Shown in pieces: positions 20,514 to 30,492 of a DNA stretch of 64,000 nt. Each line of letters begins with the position of its first letter. Position 1 is the first letter of the stretch. The translations under genes and the position numbers were made by a program. The stretch is taken from IMG/VR virus record IMGVR_UViG_2820362221_000001, positions 1 through 64,000 of that record; one strand, 5' to 3'. Source of the stretch: an uncultured virus (IMG/VR IMGVR_UViG_2820362221_000001). Taxonomy: Duplodnaviria > Heunggongvirae > Uroviricota > Caudoviricetes. The notes under the pieces were generated by a model. The model did not search any database and had not been told where the DNA came from. It saw nothing but the letters and a program-made list of their open reading frames with translations.

Positions 20514-20996
20514 ATGCCAAAATTCAGAACACCGAAAAACAACCGCCCCACCTACATTTACCGCGACGCTTACGGGAGGAAAATCGCGGAACTGCGTCCG
20601 GGCGAAAACGGCGTAACCGAAGCGTATATCAACGCTCTCCACAGAGCGGACGACGACGAACAGAACGCCGCAAAAAAAGACAGTTATTACGGGGTATTTC
20701 ACTATGAGCAAATAAATGACGACGGTGAAGATTTTTCCGACGAAAAGCAACCTGATTTAGCCGATTATGCCGCCGACCCCGAAACGCAGTTTTTTGAAGC
20801 GTTGGAAACCGCCGAGCGGTCTGGCGCAATCAAAGCCGCTTGGGACAGCCTGCAACCGCAACAGCGCGACCTAATTTTAAAGAAACTGCTTAAACGCACG
20901 AACGTGAGTATAGCCGACGAAGAAGGCGTTTCGGAAGCGGCTGTCAGAAACCGTCTCGCAAAAATCCAAAAGAAATTTGAAGAATTTCTAAAATAG
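20514..20996 (+). CDS. Phage sigma-70 region-4-like factor
   Basis: C-terminal 'LQPQQRDLI...TNVSIADEEGVSEAAVRNRL'; RBS aaggag. Confidence 0.75.
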   Translation: MPKFRTPKNNRPTYIYRDAYGRKIAELRPGENGVTEAYINALHRADDDEQNAAKKDSYYGVFHYEQINDDGEDFSDEKQPDLADYAADPETQFFEALETAERSGAIKAAWDSLQPQQRDLILKKLLKRTNVSIADEEGVSEAAVRNRLAKIQKKFEEFLK

Positions 20997-21070
20997 AGGG
21001 TTCGATTCGGCTTGTTTTTTCGGGGTAACGTAGAGGGAGATATACAAGCCCTCGGAAAGGAGCGAAAAAA

Positions 21071-21319
21071 ATGAGCCTCAAGCACAAAATTTGTATCAGC
21101 GTGAGCCGCCCGAATAACGAAACTTCTGAAATTATAAAGAGCGGCTCGCGCACGATACGAAGCAAACTATTAAAATTCCTGTTCGGAGAAAAAGTCGGAG
21201 TGTTAATCCTAACGCCGGGCAGGACGGTAGAAACCGTGGAAATACGCGAAGTACCGGAAAGGGGTGACGACGGTGACGAAAACGCCGAACCAACGGCAAT
21301 ACCCACCGATGCCGGTTAA
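21071..21319 (+). CDS. Hypothetical phage protein
   Basis: RBS aaggag; operon position. Confidence 0.7.
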   Translation: MSLKHKICISVSRPNNETSEIIKSGSRTIRSKLLKFLFGEKVGVLILTPGRTVETVEIREVPERGDDGDENAEPTAIPTDAG

Positions 21320-21446
21320 GGCGACGCCGTATAAACACCAGCGCGAGGCGTTTGAACTCGCCTGCAGATTGTTCGGTTTATCGGAAGGTGGTGACGCCCA
21401 ATCCTCCATTAAGAGCCAAGGCGTGGCTCTCTTAATGGAGATGTAG
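21264..21446 (+). CDS. SNF2-family helicase, N-terminal segment (Q motif to first half of Walker A)
   Basis: 'PYKHQREA' Q motif and 'GVALLMEM', then TAG. Confidence 0.75.
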   Translation: MTTVTKTPNQRQYPPMPVKATPYKHQREAFELACRLFGLSEGGDAQSSIKSQGVALLMEM

Positions 21447-21451
21447 CCATA

Positions 21452-22747
21452 GGAACGGGAAAAACCATCACGAGTATCGCCGTAGCGGGAGCGTTGTATC
21501 TATCAGAGAAAATCCGGCGTATCCTTGTCGTCGCTCCGCTCTCCATCCTTGGCGTGTGGGAAGAGGAATTCGCTAAGTTCGCGGACTTTGATTATACCCT
21601 TGCCGTTTTATCCGGCGTTGGCGCAAAAAAATCTGATACTCTTCGACATATGGACGGAACTCCCTTGCAGGTAGCCGTGGTAAATTACGAATCGGCATGG
21701 CGGTTAGAAAATGATATTCTCGCATGGAATCCTGATCTTGTAATCGCCGATGAAGGACATAAAATAAAAACCTACAATATCTCCGCGTCAAAAGCCATGC
21801 ACCGTATCGGCGCGAGAGCAACGTACCGTCTGCTGCTCACCGGCACCGTTATCACCAATAAAGCCATCGATGTGTTCAGCCAGTATAAATTCCTGAATCC
21901 GGCGATATTCGGCAACAGCTTTTATTCATTCAGGAATCGTTATTTCGACATGGTCGGTTACGGGAATCATACGCCGGTATTGAAACAATCTATGGAACAG
22001 GAATTAATGAAGCGACTCCACAGCATCGCGTTCCGGGCGACAAAAGCAGAGTGCCTCGACCTGCCAGAAACAACGGATATCATACGGTACGCGGAACTTG
22101 AACCGGCTGCCGCAAAAGTGTACCGCAATTTGGTGAAGGACAGTTATGCTGAACTTTCTAAAGGCGAAGTGACGGTAACAAATGTTTTGACGCGCCTGCT
22201 CCGGTTGTCGCAGCTTACGGGCGGATTCATCGGAGACGACGAAGGAAACACACCGGTTCGTATCAGCACGGCGAAACAAAACGCTCTGGAGGATATTATT
22301 GAAGAAGTTATGCAGGAAGGCAAAAAACTGGTTATCATCGCCCGTTTTGTGCCGGAGATTATGGCTATCTGCAAACTGCTGGAAAAACGCGGCATCGGTT
22401 ATTCCCGCATCATGGGCGGCGTTAAAGACCGCGACGAACAGGTTTCGGCGTTCCAGAACAATCCGGATATACAGGTTTTTGTCGGGCAGATTGCCACGGC
22501 GGGACTCGGCATCACGCTCACCGCCGCCGGCACGATGGTTTTCTATTCGATGGATTACAACATGAGTAATTTTGAGCAGGCAAAAGCGCGTATCCACCGC
22601 GTCGGTCAGAAAGAAAACTGCGCATATATTTACCTGACAGCCAAAGGCACAGTCGACGAAAAGATACTCAAAGTGTTACAAAATAAGGCAGACTTGGCGA
22701 AAACGCTGATAGATGATTACCGGCAAGGTCTGAACCCATTCCAATGA
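21452..22747 (+). CDS. SNF2/DEAD-like helicase, main segment (starts at GTGKT; no RBS-linked start)
   Basis: GTGKT at 21452 in frame with ORF 21494; DEGH, 'LLLTGT', 'GLGITLT', 'QAKARIHRVGQ' motifs. Confidence 0.9.
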   Translation, partial: GTGKTITSIAVAGALYLSEKIRRILVVAPLSILGVWEEEFAKFADFDYTLAVLSGVGAKKSDTLRHMDGTPLQVAVVNYESAWRLENDILAWNPDLVIADEGHKIKTYNISASKAMHRIGARATYRLLLTGTVITNKAIDVFSQYKFLNPAIFGNSFYSFRNRYFDMVGYGNHTPVLKQSMEQELMKRLHSIAFRATKAECLDLPETTDIIRYAELEPAAAKVYRNLVKDSYAELSKGEVTVTNVLTRLLRLSQLTGGFIGDDEGNTPVRISTAKQNALEDIIEEVMQEGKKLVIIARFVPEIMAICKLLEKRGIGYSRIMGGVKDRDEQVSAFQNNPDIQVFVGQIATAGLGITLTAAGTMVFYSMDYNMSNFEQAKARIHRVGQKENCAYIYLTAKGTVDEKILKVLQNKADLAKTLIDDYRQGLNPFQ

Positions 22748-22764
22748 AAGGAGTCATTTATTTT

Positions 22765-23193
22765 ATGGAAGAATTATTTATCCTCGCGGACAACCTCCGC
22801 GAACTGCGCGAGGAAAGAGACGCACAAACGGCAATTCTCAAAGATATCAATACCGAAATCGACTCGGCTGAATACAACCTTTCGGAAGCGATGGCGGCAG
22901 CCGAATGCTCCAATTTCACTCGCGGCGACAAGCAGTTCATTCTTACCGCTACCACGCGCTGGTCAGCCGAAACAGAGCGTAAAGACGAGTTATACGCCGT
23001 ACTCAAAGAAAACGGATACGACTATCTGTTTACGGTGAACACGCAGACACTCGGTTCTTTTATCCGCGAACAAGTCGGCGAAACGGCGGACGAGAACGGC
23101 GAACCCCGCGTTCCCGGCTGGCTGTCGGGGCTTGTCAAAAGCTACGACGACGTTGGAATCACAATGAAATCAACAACAAAAAAATCAAAATAA
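22765..23193 (+). CDS. Phage replication-module hypothetical protein
   Basis: RBS aaggag; coiled-coil N-terminus; between helicase and SSB-like gene. Confidence 0.65.
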   Translation: MEELFILADNLRELREERDAQTAILKDINTEIDSAEYNLSEAMAAAECSNFTRGDKQFILTATTRWSAETERKDELYAVLKENGYDYLFTVNTQTLGSFIREQVGETADENGEPRVPGWLSGLVKSYDDVGITMKSTTKKSK

Positions 23194-23211
23194 TACGGAG
23201 GATACTGCAAT

Positions 23212-23988
23212 ATGGCAAAAAAAGAAAATACCGCGCTCACAGCGCAGAACAATGGTTTCAACACCCTCGCAAACATAGATTTTTCGCAAATGGTCAGCGA
23301 CGAACTTGACGGATTGGATATCGGTTTCGAGCGTATAAAGATTCCATCGGGCGGCGCGACGATGTTTGAACTGCCGTCGGAGGGCGACGCCGCCGAAACG
23401 GTCAGGGAATTTTCAGGGGTTATTCTGTTCCATCATACTTTGAACGCATATTACAAAACCAAATACACAGGCGGATCCAACCCGCCGGACTGCGGCAGCT
23501 TCGACGGCGTTACCGGCGAAGGCGACCCCGGCGGCAACTGCAAAGCCTGTCCGTTTAATCAGTTCGGAAGCGGCGAAAACGGCGCGAAAGCCTGTAAAAA
23601 TAAACGGCGCATATATATCCTGCGCGAAGGCGAGGTTTTCCCCCTCCTGCTCTCGCTTCCGACGGGCAGCCTTAAACCGTTTACAAAATATCTTAAAGCG
23701 CAGCTTTCCAAAGGACGCAAGACGAATTCCATCGTCACGCGGTTTTCCCTGAAGAAAGTAATCAACAATACCGGCATCGCTTATTCGCAGGCGAATTTCG
23801 CGGCGGACAGACTGCTCACACCCGAAGAATACACGCTGGTCGAGCCGATGAGCGGTCAGGTCAAGAGTTACGCGGCGAGAATCGGATTTGAAACGGATAT
23901 TGTTTCCGATGAGGACACCGGTATTTATGTCGACCATGAAACAGGCGAAGTCATCGAGCCGCTGGTCGGAGGTAACCGAAATGTATAG
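23212..23988 (+). CDS. Phage protein, probable ssDNA-binding protein with Cys cluster
   Basis: RBS ggagg; 'PPDCGS.DG','CKACPFNQFGS','KACKN'; acidic tail; precedes PolA. Confidence 0.55.
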   Translation: MAKKENTALTAQNNGFNTLANIDFSQMVSDELDGLDIGFERIKIPSGGATMFELPSEGDAAETVREFSGVILFHHTLNAYYKTKYTGGSNPPDCGSFDGVTGEGDPGGNCKACPFNQFGSGENGAKACKNKRRIYILREGEVFPLLLSLPTGSLKPFTKYLKAQLSKGRKTNSIVTRFSLKKVINNTGIAYSQANFAADRLLTPEEYTLVEPMSGQVKSYAARIGFETDIVSDEDTGIYVDHETGEVIEPLVGGNRNV

Positions 23989-25891
23989 GCTGGTAACCGA
24001 TATCGGAGGGGTACGCGAGTACCTCTCCGGCGCAAAAATCATCGCGTTCGACTTCGAGACCGCTCCCGGCGAACCGTACCGGCACGAAGAAAAAGCGGCG
24101 CTCGATCCGCATAAATCTCATATAGCCGGGGTCAGTTTTTCGGTTTCCGAAGAAAGCGGGATATATGTCCCTATCGCCCATCAAATCGGCGAAAACGCTG
24201 ATAAAACCGAAATTATGGCGTTTCTCGCTGAATTCGCCGTCGATGTTAATATTATAAAAGTGGCGCATAATCTGGCGTTTGAATCTATGTTTTTGTATAA
24301 AAACGGCATTGTGATTAAAGAGCCGGTATATGACACAATTTGCGCGGCGCAGTTATCGTTAAAAAGCCATACGGTATTTCGCGCCCTTGCCGACAGCGGC
24401 TTGAAAACCCTTGCGCCAGAACTTTTGAACGCGACGCTTCCTACTTTCGGCGAGGTAGTGGACGGGCGGTTGTTTGACGAACTTGACCCGCAGGACACAG
24501 GAACAATCTGCTACGCCTGTGCCGACGCCGATTATACCCTGCGGCTGTATCATCTTTTTAATAACTGGTTTGACCGTTTCCTGCCGAAACACCGCTATAT
24601 TACAGAGCAAATCGAATCGCCCGCAGCCGTGTATGTCGGACTGATGAAGTATAACGGCATACAAGTGGACAGCGAACTTATGAAACGGAAAGCCGCCGAG
24701 TGCGAAAAACGGCTCGCAGAATTGCGTGAAGAAATAGCCTTTATTATAGGGGATATAAATATCGGAGCGAATGCCAGTACAAGCGCGTTCAAAAATTATT
24801 TGTATAAAGAACTCGGTTTGCCTGTATTGAAAACGACGGCGAAATATCAGGAAGCGGCAGATGAAGAGTGTTTCGTTTTCCTTAAAGAATGGTGCCGCGG
24901 CAACCGTCCCGAATTGGAAAAGCTGATGGAGCTTGTTATTGATTACCGGACGCTCGGAAAAGTGTACGGCACATATATCGAGGGTTATTTGAAACACATA
25001 AACGATTCTACCGGGCGCATTCATCCGCAATTATTACAGCTTGGAGCGGACAGCGGACGGTTCTCCTGCCGTCAGCCGAATATACAGAACCAAAAATCCG
25101 GCAGCATTGACGGAATCAACGTCCGCGACTTCATCATCGCGTCTGAAGGGAACAGCCTCGTCGAATTCGACTACAGCCAGATAGAGGCGCGGCTTGCGGC
25201 ATACCTTTCACGCGACGAACGGCTTTTGAATGTTTACAGTTCAGGAGACGACCTTCACGCCATGACCACCGCCGCCGTGTTCAAAATTCCGTTCGCGGAA
25301 GCGGCGGACAGGAAAAACCCCGATTACAAGCGCCGCCGTACCGTCGCCAAGACCACGTTCTTCGGGTTTCTGTACGGTATTTACGCTAAATCGCTGCAAC
25401 GTAATTTAAAATTGGACGCCGGTATAAACGCAGATATTGACGAGTGCAAGGCGTTTCTCGGCAACCTTGCCGCGTCCTATCCCACATTAACGGAATGGCA
25501 AAAAGATGCTATCGCCGAATGCCGCGAACACAGATATGCCGAAACCGTTCTTGGGCGGCGGAGATACCTGCCGGATATCCGCTCCGATAATTTTTTGAAA
25601 CAGGGCAGTGCCGAACGCGCCGCGCTCAATCACGGAGTACAGGGATTGGCGGCGGATTTATTGAAATTGTCAATGGTTCGGCTGATTGCGGTATTGCCGC
25701 CCGACGTCCGCCCTGTGTTTACCGTGCATGACAGCCTTGTATTCGAGTGTCCGGACGGTAAAGCCGGGGAAACCGTTCTGTTGATTAAAAGCATAATGGA
25801 GATACCGCCGCCGGTTACAGGGTTTGATATTCCGATAGCCGCCGAAGCGGGCGTAGGTAAAAGTTACGGAAAAATGGAGGAACTAATATAA
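23981..25891 (+). CDS. polA: Family A DNA polymerase with 3'-5' exonuclease
   Basis: 'FDFET','AHNLAFE','DYSQIEAR','AKTTFFGFLYG','VHDSL'. Confidence 0.93.
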   Translation: MYRLVTDIGGVREYLSGAKIIAFDFETAPGEPYRHEEKAALDPHKSHIAGVSFSVSEESGIYVPIAHQIGENADKTEIMAFLAEFAVDVNIIKVAHNLAFESMFLYKNGIVIKEPVYDTICAAQLSLKSHTVFRALADSGLKTLAPELLNATLPTFGEVVDGRLFDELDPQDTGTICYACADADYTLRLYHLFNNWFDRFLPKHRYITEQIESPAAVYVGLMKYNGIQVDSELMKRKAAECEKRLAELREEIAFIIGDINIGANASTSAFKNYLYKELGLPVLKTTAKYQEAADEECFVFLKEWCRGNRPELEKLMELVIDYRTLGKVYGTYIEGYLKHINDSTGRIHPQLLQLGADSGRFSCRQPNIQNQKSGSIDGINVRDFIIASEGNSLVEFDYSQIEARLAAYLSRDERLLNVYSSGDDLHAMTTAAVFKIPFAEAADRKNPDYKRRRTVAKTTFFGFLYGIYAKSLQRNLKLDAGINADIDECKAFLGNLAASYPTLTEWQKDAIAECREHRYAETVLGRRRYLPDIRSDNFLKQGSAERAALNHGVQGLAADLLKLSMVRLIAVLPPDVRPVFTVHDSLVFECPDGKAGETVLLIKSIMEIPPPVTGFDIPIAAEAGVGKSYGKMEELI

Positions 25892-26334
25892 TGGATATAT
25901 GTAAATTTAACAGCGAGGGCTATTACGACCCGACCGCTTATGAGGCGCTGCTGGCAGTCGAGCGCGAAGCCAAAAAGAAACCGTACCGACCGCTGGTATT
26001 TATCTGCTCCCCGCTTGCGGGGGACATTGAGAATAATATCGCAAACGCCCGGCGGTACTCAAAGTTTGCCATGGAACAGGGTATGATACCATTCGCGCCC
26101 CATCTCCTATTCCCGCAGTTTATGGACGACGGCGACAAAGAACAGCGCAGCCTCGGCATATTTTTCGGACTGGTGATGATGGGCAAGTGCGACGATATGT
26201 GGGTATTTGGCGACCCGCCGTCTTGCGGCATGAAGTTGGAAATCGCAAAGGCGCGGAAACGCGGTATACATATACGATATTTTAATGAAAATTGTCAGGA
26301 AAGGTCGGGTGATAATATTGGATATACCTCTTGA
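25891..26334 (+). CDS. DUF4406/nucleoside deoxyribosyltransferase-like phage protein
   Basis: 'VFICSPLAGD','APHLLFPQF','CDDMWVFG...GMKLEI'. Confidence 0.7.
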   Translation: MDICKFNSEGYYDPTAYEALLAVEREAKKKPYRPLVFICSPLAGDIENNIANARRYSKFAMEQGMIPFAPHLLFPQFMDDGDKEQRSLGIFFGLVMMGKCDDMWVFGDPPSCGMKLEIAKARKRGIHIRYFNENCQERSGDNIGYTS

Positions 26335-28843
26335 AGAATTTTTGCGTCCGTTCTTTGATCCCGCCGAGGATGTGCATATCCGCGTGTTCGACGACCGCAA
26401 GACGGGAACGTTCAAAGGCGCAAAATTATGCTGCGAGGCGGGTAAAATCGGTACGCTGACCGACACCCTCCGCAAACACAACGCGCAGAATCGCGGTATA
26501 TTTTTCGTGGTCAACTACGGCGGCGACAGCGACGCGGAGATTACCCGTATCAACGCCGTGTTCGTGGAAAATGACAGCCTTTCTATTGACGAGCAAATAC
26601 GGCAGTTGGAAGAATTTTCGCTACCGCCGTCGCTGATGGTAAAGACAGCGAAGTCGGTTCACGCTTACTGGCTCGTTAAGGATGCGCCGGTTTCGGATTT
26701 CCGAAGATTACAAAAAAAATTAATCGCTCAATTTAACGGCGACGCTTCGTGCGTCAACGAGAGCCGTGTACTTCGTTTGCCGGGCTTTAATCACTGCAAA
26801 AACGAACCGGTCATGGTGGAGTGCGTGAAGTTCTCTCCTGAACTCCGTTATACTATGGCGGAGCTTGAGACGGTGCTGCCGCAAATCGCCGAAGAACCGG
26901 ATAACGTGAATAATAGTGCGCTCCCTGTAGAAAAAGGCAACCGGCGAGGGTTGGCTCTGGTCGGCAAACGGTGTGACTTTATTCAATATTGCAAAGATAA
27001 CGCCGCCGCACTCCCCGAAAATTTGTGGTACGCGATGATTAGCAACCTTGCGGTGTTCGAGGACGGCGACAAGGAAATTCATGCGCTGTCAAAACCCTAT
27101 CCAAACTATAATTATAATGAAGCACAGTCTAAAATATCGCATTTTTTAGAGAGCGGCACGAAACCCATGACCTGCGCCAAAATATCCGAGTACAGCTATA
27201 AATGCCCGAAATTTGATAATGGCGGCTGCGACTGCAAATCCCCCGCCGCTCTGTGTTACAAGCCCATGACGGCAGACGAAATTTTGATTATTTTGAATTC
27301 TTTTGATATTCCCGCCTCCGCGATTGAAAAAATCAAAATAATCAAAAATTTTATACAGGATTATTTATACAACATCGAGCCGGTCATAGCAGAAACGATT
27401 ATAAATTACAATATAAAAACACAATTTAATTTTAAGGCAAATGACATTTTGCCGTTAATAAAACTGCATCGCGAGGTGTATAAAAAGTACGCAGACAGCA
27501 AGGAAATGAAGCGTGAAACGGAATTTGACGAACTGCCGGAGTGGTATGAAGTCACAGGCAAAGGCGGCGTGAAGTTCATTGCGGGGCTGCTCGCAGACCA
27601 TATGGCAAACAACGTCTTCGCTATTTATACCGCAGGAAGTCATTACTTTTATGAGCATGGCGTTTACGTTCAAAAGGACGATATCGAGGCATGGGCGGCA
27701 GTGCGCTCGTTCATGATTTCCCGTTATACGAAATCCAACGATATAACCGATGCGGCAAATCAATGGCGTATGCTGACTCAGCGCAATGTACGCGAAATCA
27801 ACGCAAACCCGTATATCATCAATCTCAAAAACGGTCTGTATGATTTAAATTCAAATGAATTCCGTCCGCATGACTCGAATTACCTGTCAACGGTGCAACT
27901 GCAAGCGAATTATAACCCAAGCGCAAAATGCCCGCAGTTCCTTGATTTTCTATCCGGTATATTGCCGGAAAGCGAAATACCGCTCATACAGGAGATGTTC
28001 GGTTATTTGTTGATACCAGTAAATAAGGCGCAAAAATCGTTTGTGCTTGTAGGCGCGGCAAACGCAGGGAAAAGCACTCTGCTCTCTATTGCCCAGACCG
28101 TACTGCTCGGTATAGAAAACGTGTCCAATATTCCGTGGCAGTCGCTGAACGACCGATTCAAGACGGCTGAACTGTTCGGCAAACTGGCTAATATTTTCGC
28201 GGACTTGCCGTCAAAAAACATTGAGGACGCTGGATTTTTCAAGACCATAACGGGCGAGGATTATATCATCGCGGAACGCAAAAATAAAGACCCGTTCAGC
28301 TTTCAGCCGTATGCGAGATTATTATTCTCTTGTAACGAAATACCGAAAAATTATGCCGACCGCTCCGATGGCTTCTACCGCAGGCTCATTATTATCCGTT
28401 TCGATAAATCCGTGCCTGCCGAAAAACGCGACCCAAGCCTCAAAAACCGTGTCTCCTGCGAACGCGACGGTATTTTCACATGGGCACTGGACGGACTGCG
28501 CCGTCTTACCGCCAACAATTACCGCTTCAGCGAAACTGCGCGTACAGGCGAAGAATTACGGCGTTACAAAGTCGAAAGCAATTCTGCGCTGATGTTTCTT
28601 GAGGAATGCTGTGAAATCGGCAACGGTACTGTAGTGCGCGAAGAACTATTTGAAAGATACTGCGATTATTGCCGCAGAAACGGCTTGAAATCCTCATCGC
28701 AGACGAAATTCAACAAAGAAGTGGAACAAGCCGACTCGCGCATCGAAAAAGACCGTGACGGCGTTGCACGGCGGGCGGTATGGAAAGGTCTGCGGTTATC
28801 TGACACGGAAAGACACGATTTTGACGAACTTCCGACAGACTAA
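26285..28843 (+). CDS. Primase-helicase (RepB-like primase, Cys-rich domain, D5/P4-type SF3 helicase)
   Basis: 'KSVHAYW','RVLRLPGF','INLKNG','GAANAGKS','FYRRLIII'; true start may be 26309 or 26318. Confidence 0.9.
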   Translation: MKIVRKGRVIILDIPLEEFLRPFFDPAEDVHIRVFDDRKTGTFKGAKLCCEAGKIGTLTDTLRKHNAQNRGIFFVVNYGGDSDAEITRINAVFVENDSLSIDEQIRQLEEFSLPPSLMVKTAKSVHAYWLVKDAPVSDFRRLQKKLIAQFNGDASCVNESRVLRLPGFNHCKNEPVMVECVKFSPELRYTMAELETVLPQIAEEPDNVNNSALPVEKGNRRGLALVGKRCDFIQYCKDNAAALPENLWYAMISNLAVFEDGDKEIHALSKPYPNYNYNEAQSKISHFLESGTKPMTCAKISEYSYKCPKFDNGGCDCKSPAALCYKPMTADEILIILNSFDIPASAIEKIKIIKNFIQDYLYNIEPVIAETIINYNIKTQFNFKANDILPLIKLHREVYKKYADSKEMKRETEFDELPEWYEVTGKGGVKFIAGLLADHMANNVFAIYTAGSHYFYEHGVYVQKDDIEAWAAVRSFMISRYTKSNDITDAANQWRMLTQRNVREINANPYIINLKNGLYDLNSNEFRPHDSNYLSTVQLQANYNPSAKCPQFLDFLSGILPESEIPLIQEMFGYLLIPVNKAQKSFVLVGAANAGKSTLLSIAQTVLLGIENVSNIPWQSLNDRFKTAELFGKLANIFADLPSKNIEDAGFFKTITGEDYIIAERKNKDPFSFQPYARLLFSCNEIPKNYADRSDGFYRRLIIIRFDKSVPAEKRDPSLKNRVSCERDGIFTWALDGLRRLTANNYRFSETARTGEELRRYKVESNSALMFLEECCEIGNGTVVREELFERYCDYCRRNGLKSSSQTKFNKEVEQADSRIEKDRDGVARRAVWKGLRLSDTERHDFDELPTD

Positions 28844-28984
28844 AATCCCCATTATATCATGCTTTGACACGGCTGACACGGTTTTCTGTATTTCTTGCGT
28901 AGAACCACAGCGGTAAGGAGATATATACGTTAAAACTGAAAATATATAAAAATATATGCAAAAAAATACCGTGTCAATCGTGTC
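28801..28984. repeat. TGACACGG iterons flanking AT-rich core (putative origin)
   Basis: Direct copies at 28801, 28865, 28874; inverted CCGTGTCA at 28969 and CGTGTC at 28979. Confidence 0.7.
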
Positions 28985-29011
28985 GGGTATGTCAAAGGAG
29001 TATGTTTTAAA

Positions 29012-29296
29012 ATGGGTGAAAAAGATATAATAACCGCGATACTGCGGTATTTAAAGACCGTTTCCGGCTGTTTCGCGTGGAAAACCCACGGCGGTATGTA
29101 CGGAACGGCGGGTTTGCCGGATATCATTTGTTGTATAAATGGCAGGTTTGTTGCGCTGGAAGTAAAAACGCCCGCAGGCAAACTCACAAAGCTACAGGAA
29201 ATAACGATACAAAAAATCAATGCCGCAAAAGGGAAAGCCTACAAAGTCACGTCGCTTCAGGAAGTCAGGGAAATAATACAAAATCTTAATTCTTGA
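29012..29296 (+). CDS. VRR-NUC domain nuclease
   Basis: 'GLPDII','ALEVKTPAGKLTKLQ'. Confidence 0.9.
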   Translation: MGEKDIITAILRYLKTVSGCFAWKTHGGMYGTAGLPDIICCINGRFVALEVKTPAGKLTKLQEITIQKINAAKGKAYKVTSLQEVREIIQNLNS

Positions 29297-29311
29297 AACG
29301 GAGGAACTTTT

Positions 29312-29551
29312 ATGTATATAAATTGTTTTGCGTATAATGCCGAAAAAGGCTGTCAAATCCTGAAAACCGAAAGCGGGTGCGGTTATAGCTGCCCTTTCTA
29401 CAAAAACAGGGAGGAGTTGGAAGCCGGACGGATGAAGAGCAATAAGAGGCTGGCTTCATTGCCTGATGAGCGCCAGCGGTACATTGCCGAAACTTATCAC
29501 GGCGGAAAACGGTCATGGCTGGAAACCGCGCAGAAGGCGGTGAGCGTATGA
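29312..29551 (+). CDS. Small Cys-rich hypothetical protein
   Basis: RBS ggagg; CFAY...C...C...CPFYK. Confidence 0.65.
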   Translation: MYINCFAYNAEKGCQILKTESGCGYSCPFYKNREELEAGRMKSNKRLASLPDERQRYIAETYHGGKRSWLETAQKAVSV

Positions 29552-29997
29552 TAGCTTGGAAATATATCAACAAGAATTCTGCGGTAATTGCCGCTATCCG
29601 CGACTACCGCAATATGCTGTTTATCATCAGCAACACTTCGGAAGAAATAAAAGAAGCGTACGATAAAATGACCGCGCCCCGCACAGCCAACCTTACCGGC
29701 GTTCCGTCCGGACTCAACCCCAAAGCCGGCGAAGATAAACTGGCGGAGCAGCTTGATAAACTGGATTTGCTTCGTGAGCGGTATCGTGCCGCCGTCGAAT
29801 ATATGGCGTGGTTTGACCCGGCATGGTTAAACATGACAGATAACGAACGGTATATACTGACAGAATTTTATATGGGTAATAATCAGAAGTCCGGTGCGAC
29901 CTACCGTCTCATGGCTGAACTAAATTACAGCGAAAGTCATGTAGAAAGGCTGCGGTCAAATGCTCTTAACCGCCTGCGGACACTCCTGTACGGATAA
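29548..29997 (+). CDS. ArpU/RinA-like late transcriptional activator
   Basis: Last gene of replication module; C-terminal sigma4-like helices 'ERYILTEFY...LNYSESHVERLRSNAL'. Confidence 0.6.
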   Translation: MIAWKYINKNSAVIAAIRDYRNMLFIISNTSEEIKEAYDKMTAPRTANLTGVPSGLNPKAGEDKLAEQLDKLDLLRERYRAAVEYMAWFDPAWLNMTDNERYILTEFYMGNNQKSGATYRLMAELNYSESHVERLRSNALNRLRTLLYG

Positions 29998-30132
29998 AAG
30001 ATGAGGGAATTATGAGGGAGTGTTTGCTAAAATATATGGTACAATAATATTGTTAAAATATATACACAGCCATAGAGCCTTTGGAGCAGTCCGCTCCGGG
30101 GGCTTTGCGTTTTATATAGGGGGCTGATTTTT

Positions 30133-30492
30133 TTGCCATACAAACCGAAGAAACCGTGCGCTTTCCACGGCTGCCGTGAACTGACGGCAAACCGATACTG
30201 CGACGCCCATGCCAAACAGGAGACCAAACGATACAACAAATACGACCGTGATTCTGGCAGTAATAAAAGGTACGGCAGGACGTGGAAACGTATCCGTGAC
30301 CGATATATCGCTGCACACCCGCTATGCGAAAAATGCGGGGAATCAGGTAAACTGACCCCCGCCGATGAAATTCATCATATAAAACCGCTTTCCAAAAGCG
30401 GAACTCACGCTGCGGATAACCTGATGAGTTTGTGTAAACCATGCCACTCCGAGATTACCGCGCGTAACGGCGACCGATGGAATCGTAAATAA
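30133..30492 (+). CDS. HNH endonuclease (terminase-associated)
   Basis: 'PLCEKC','EIHHIKPL..GTH..DNLMSLCKPCHS'. Confidence 0.9.
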   Translation: MPYKPKKPCAFHGCRELTANRYCDAHAKQETKRYNKYDRDSGSNKRYGRTWKRIRDRYIAAHPLCEKCGESGKLTPADEIHHIKPLSKSGTHAADNLMSLCKPCHSEITARNGDRWNRK

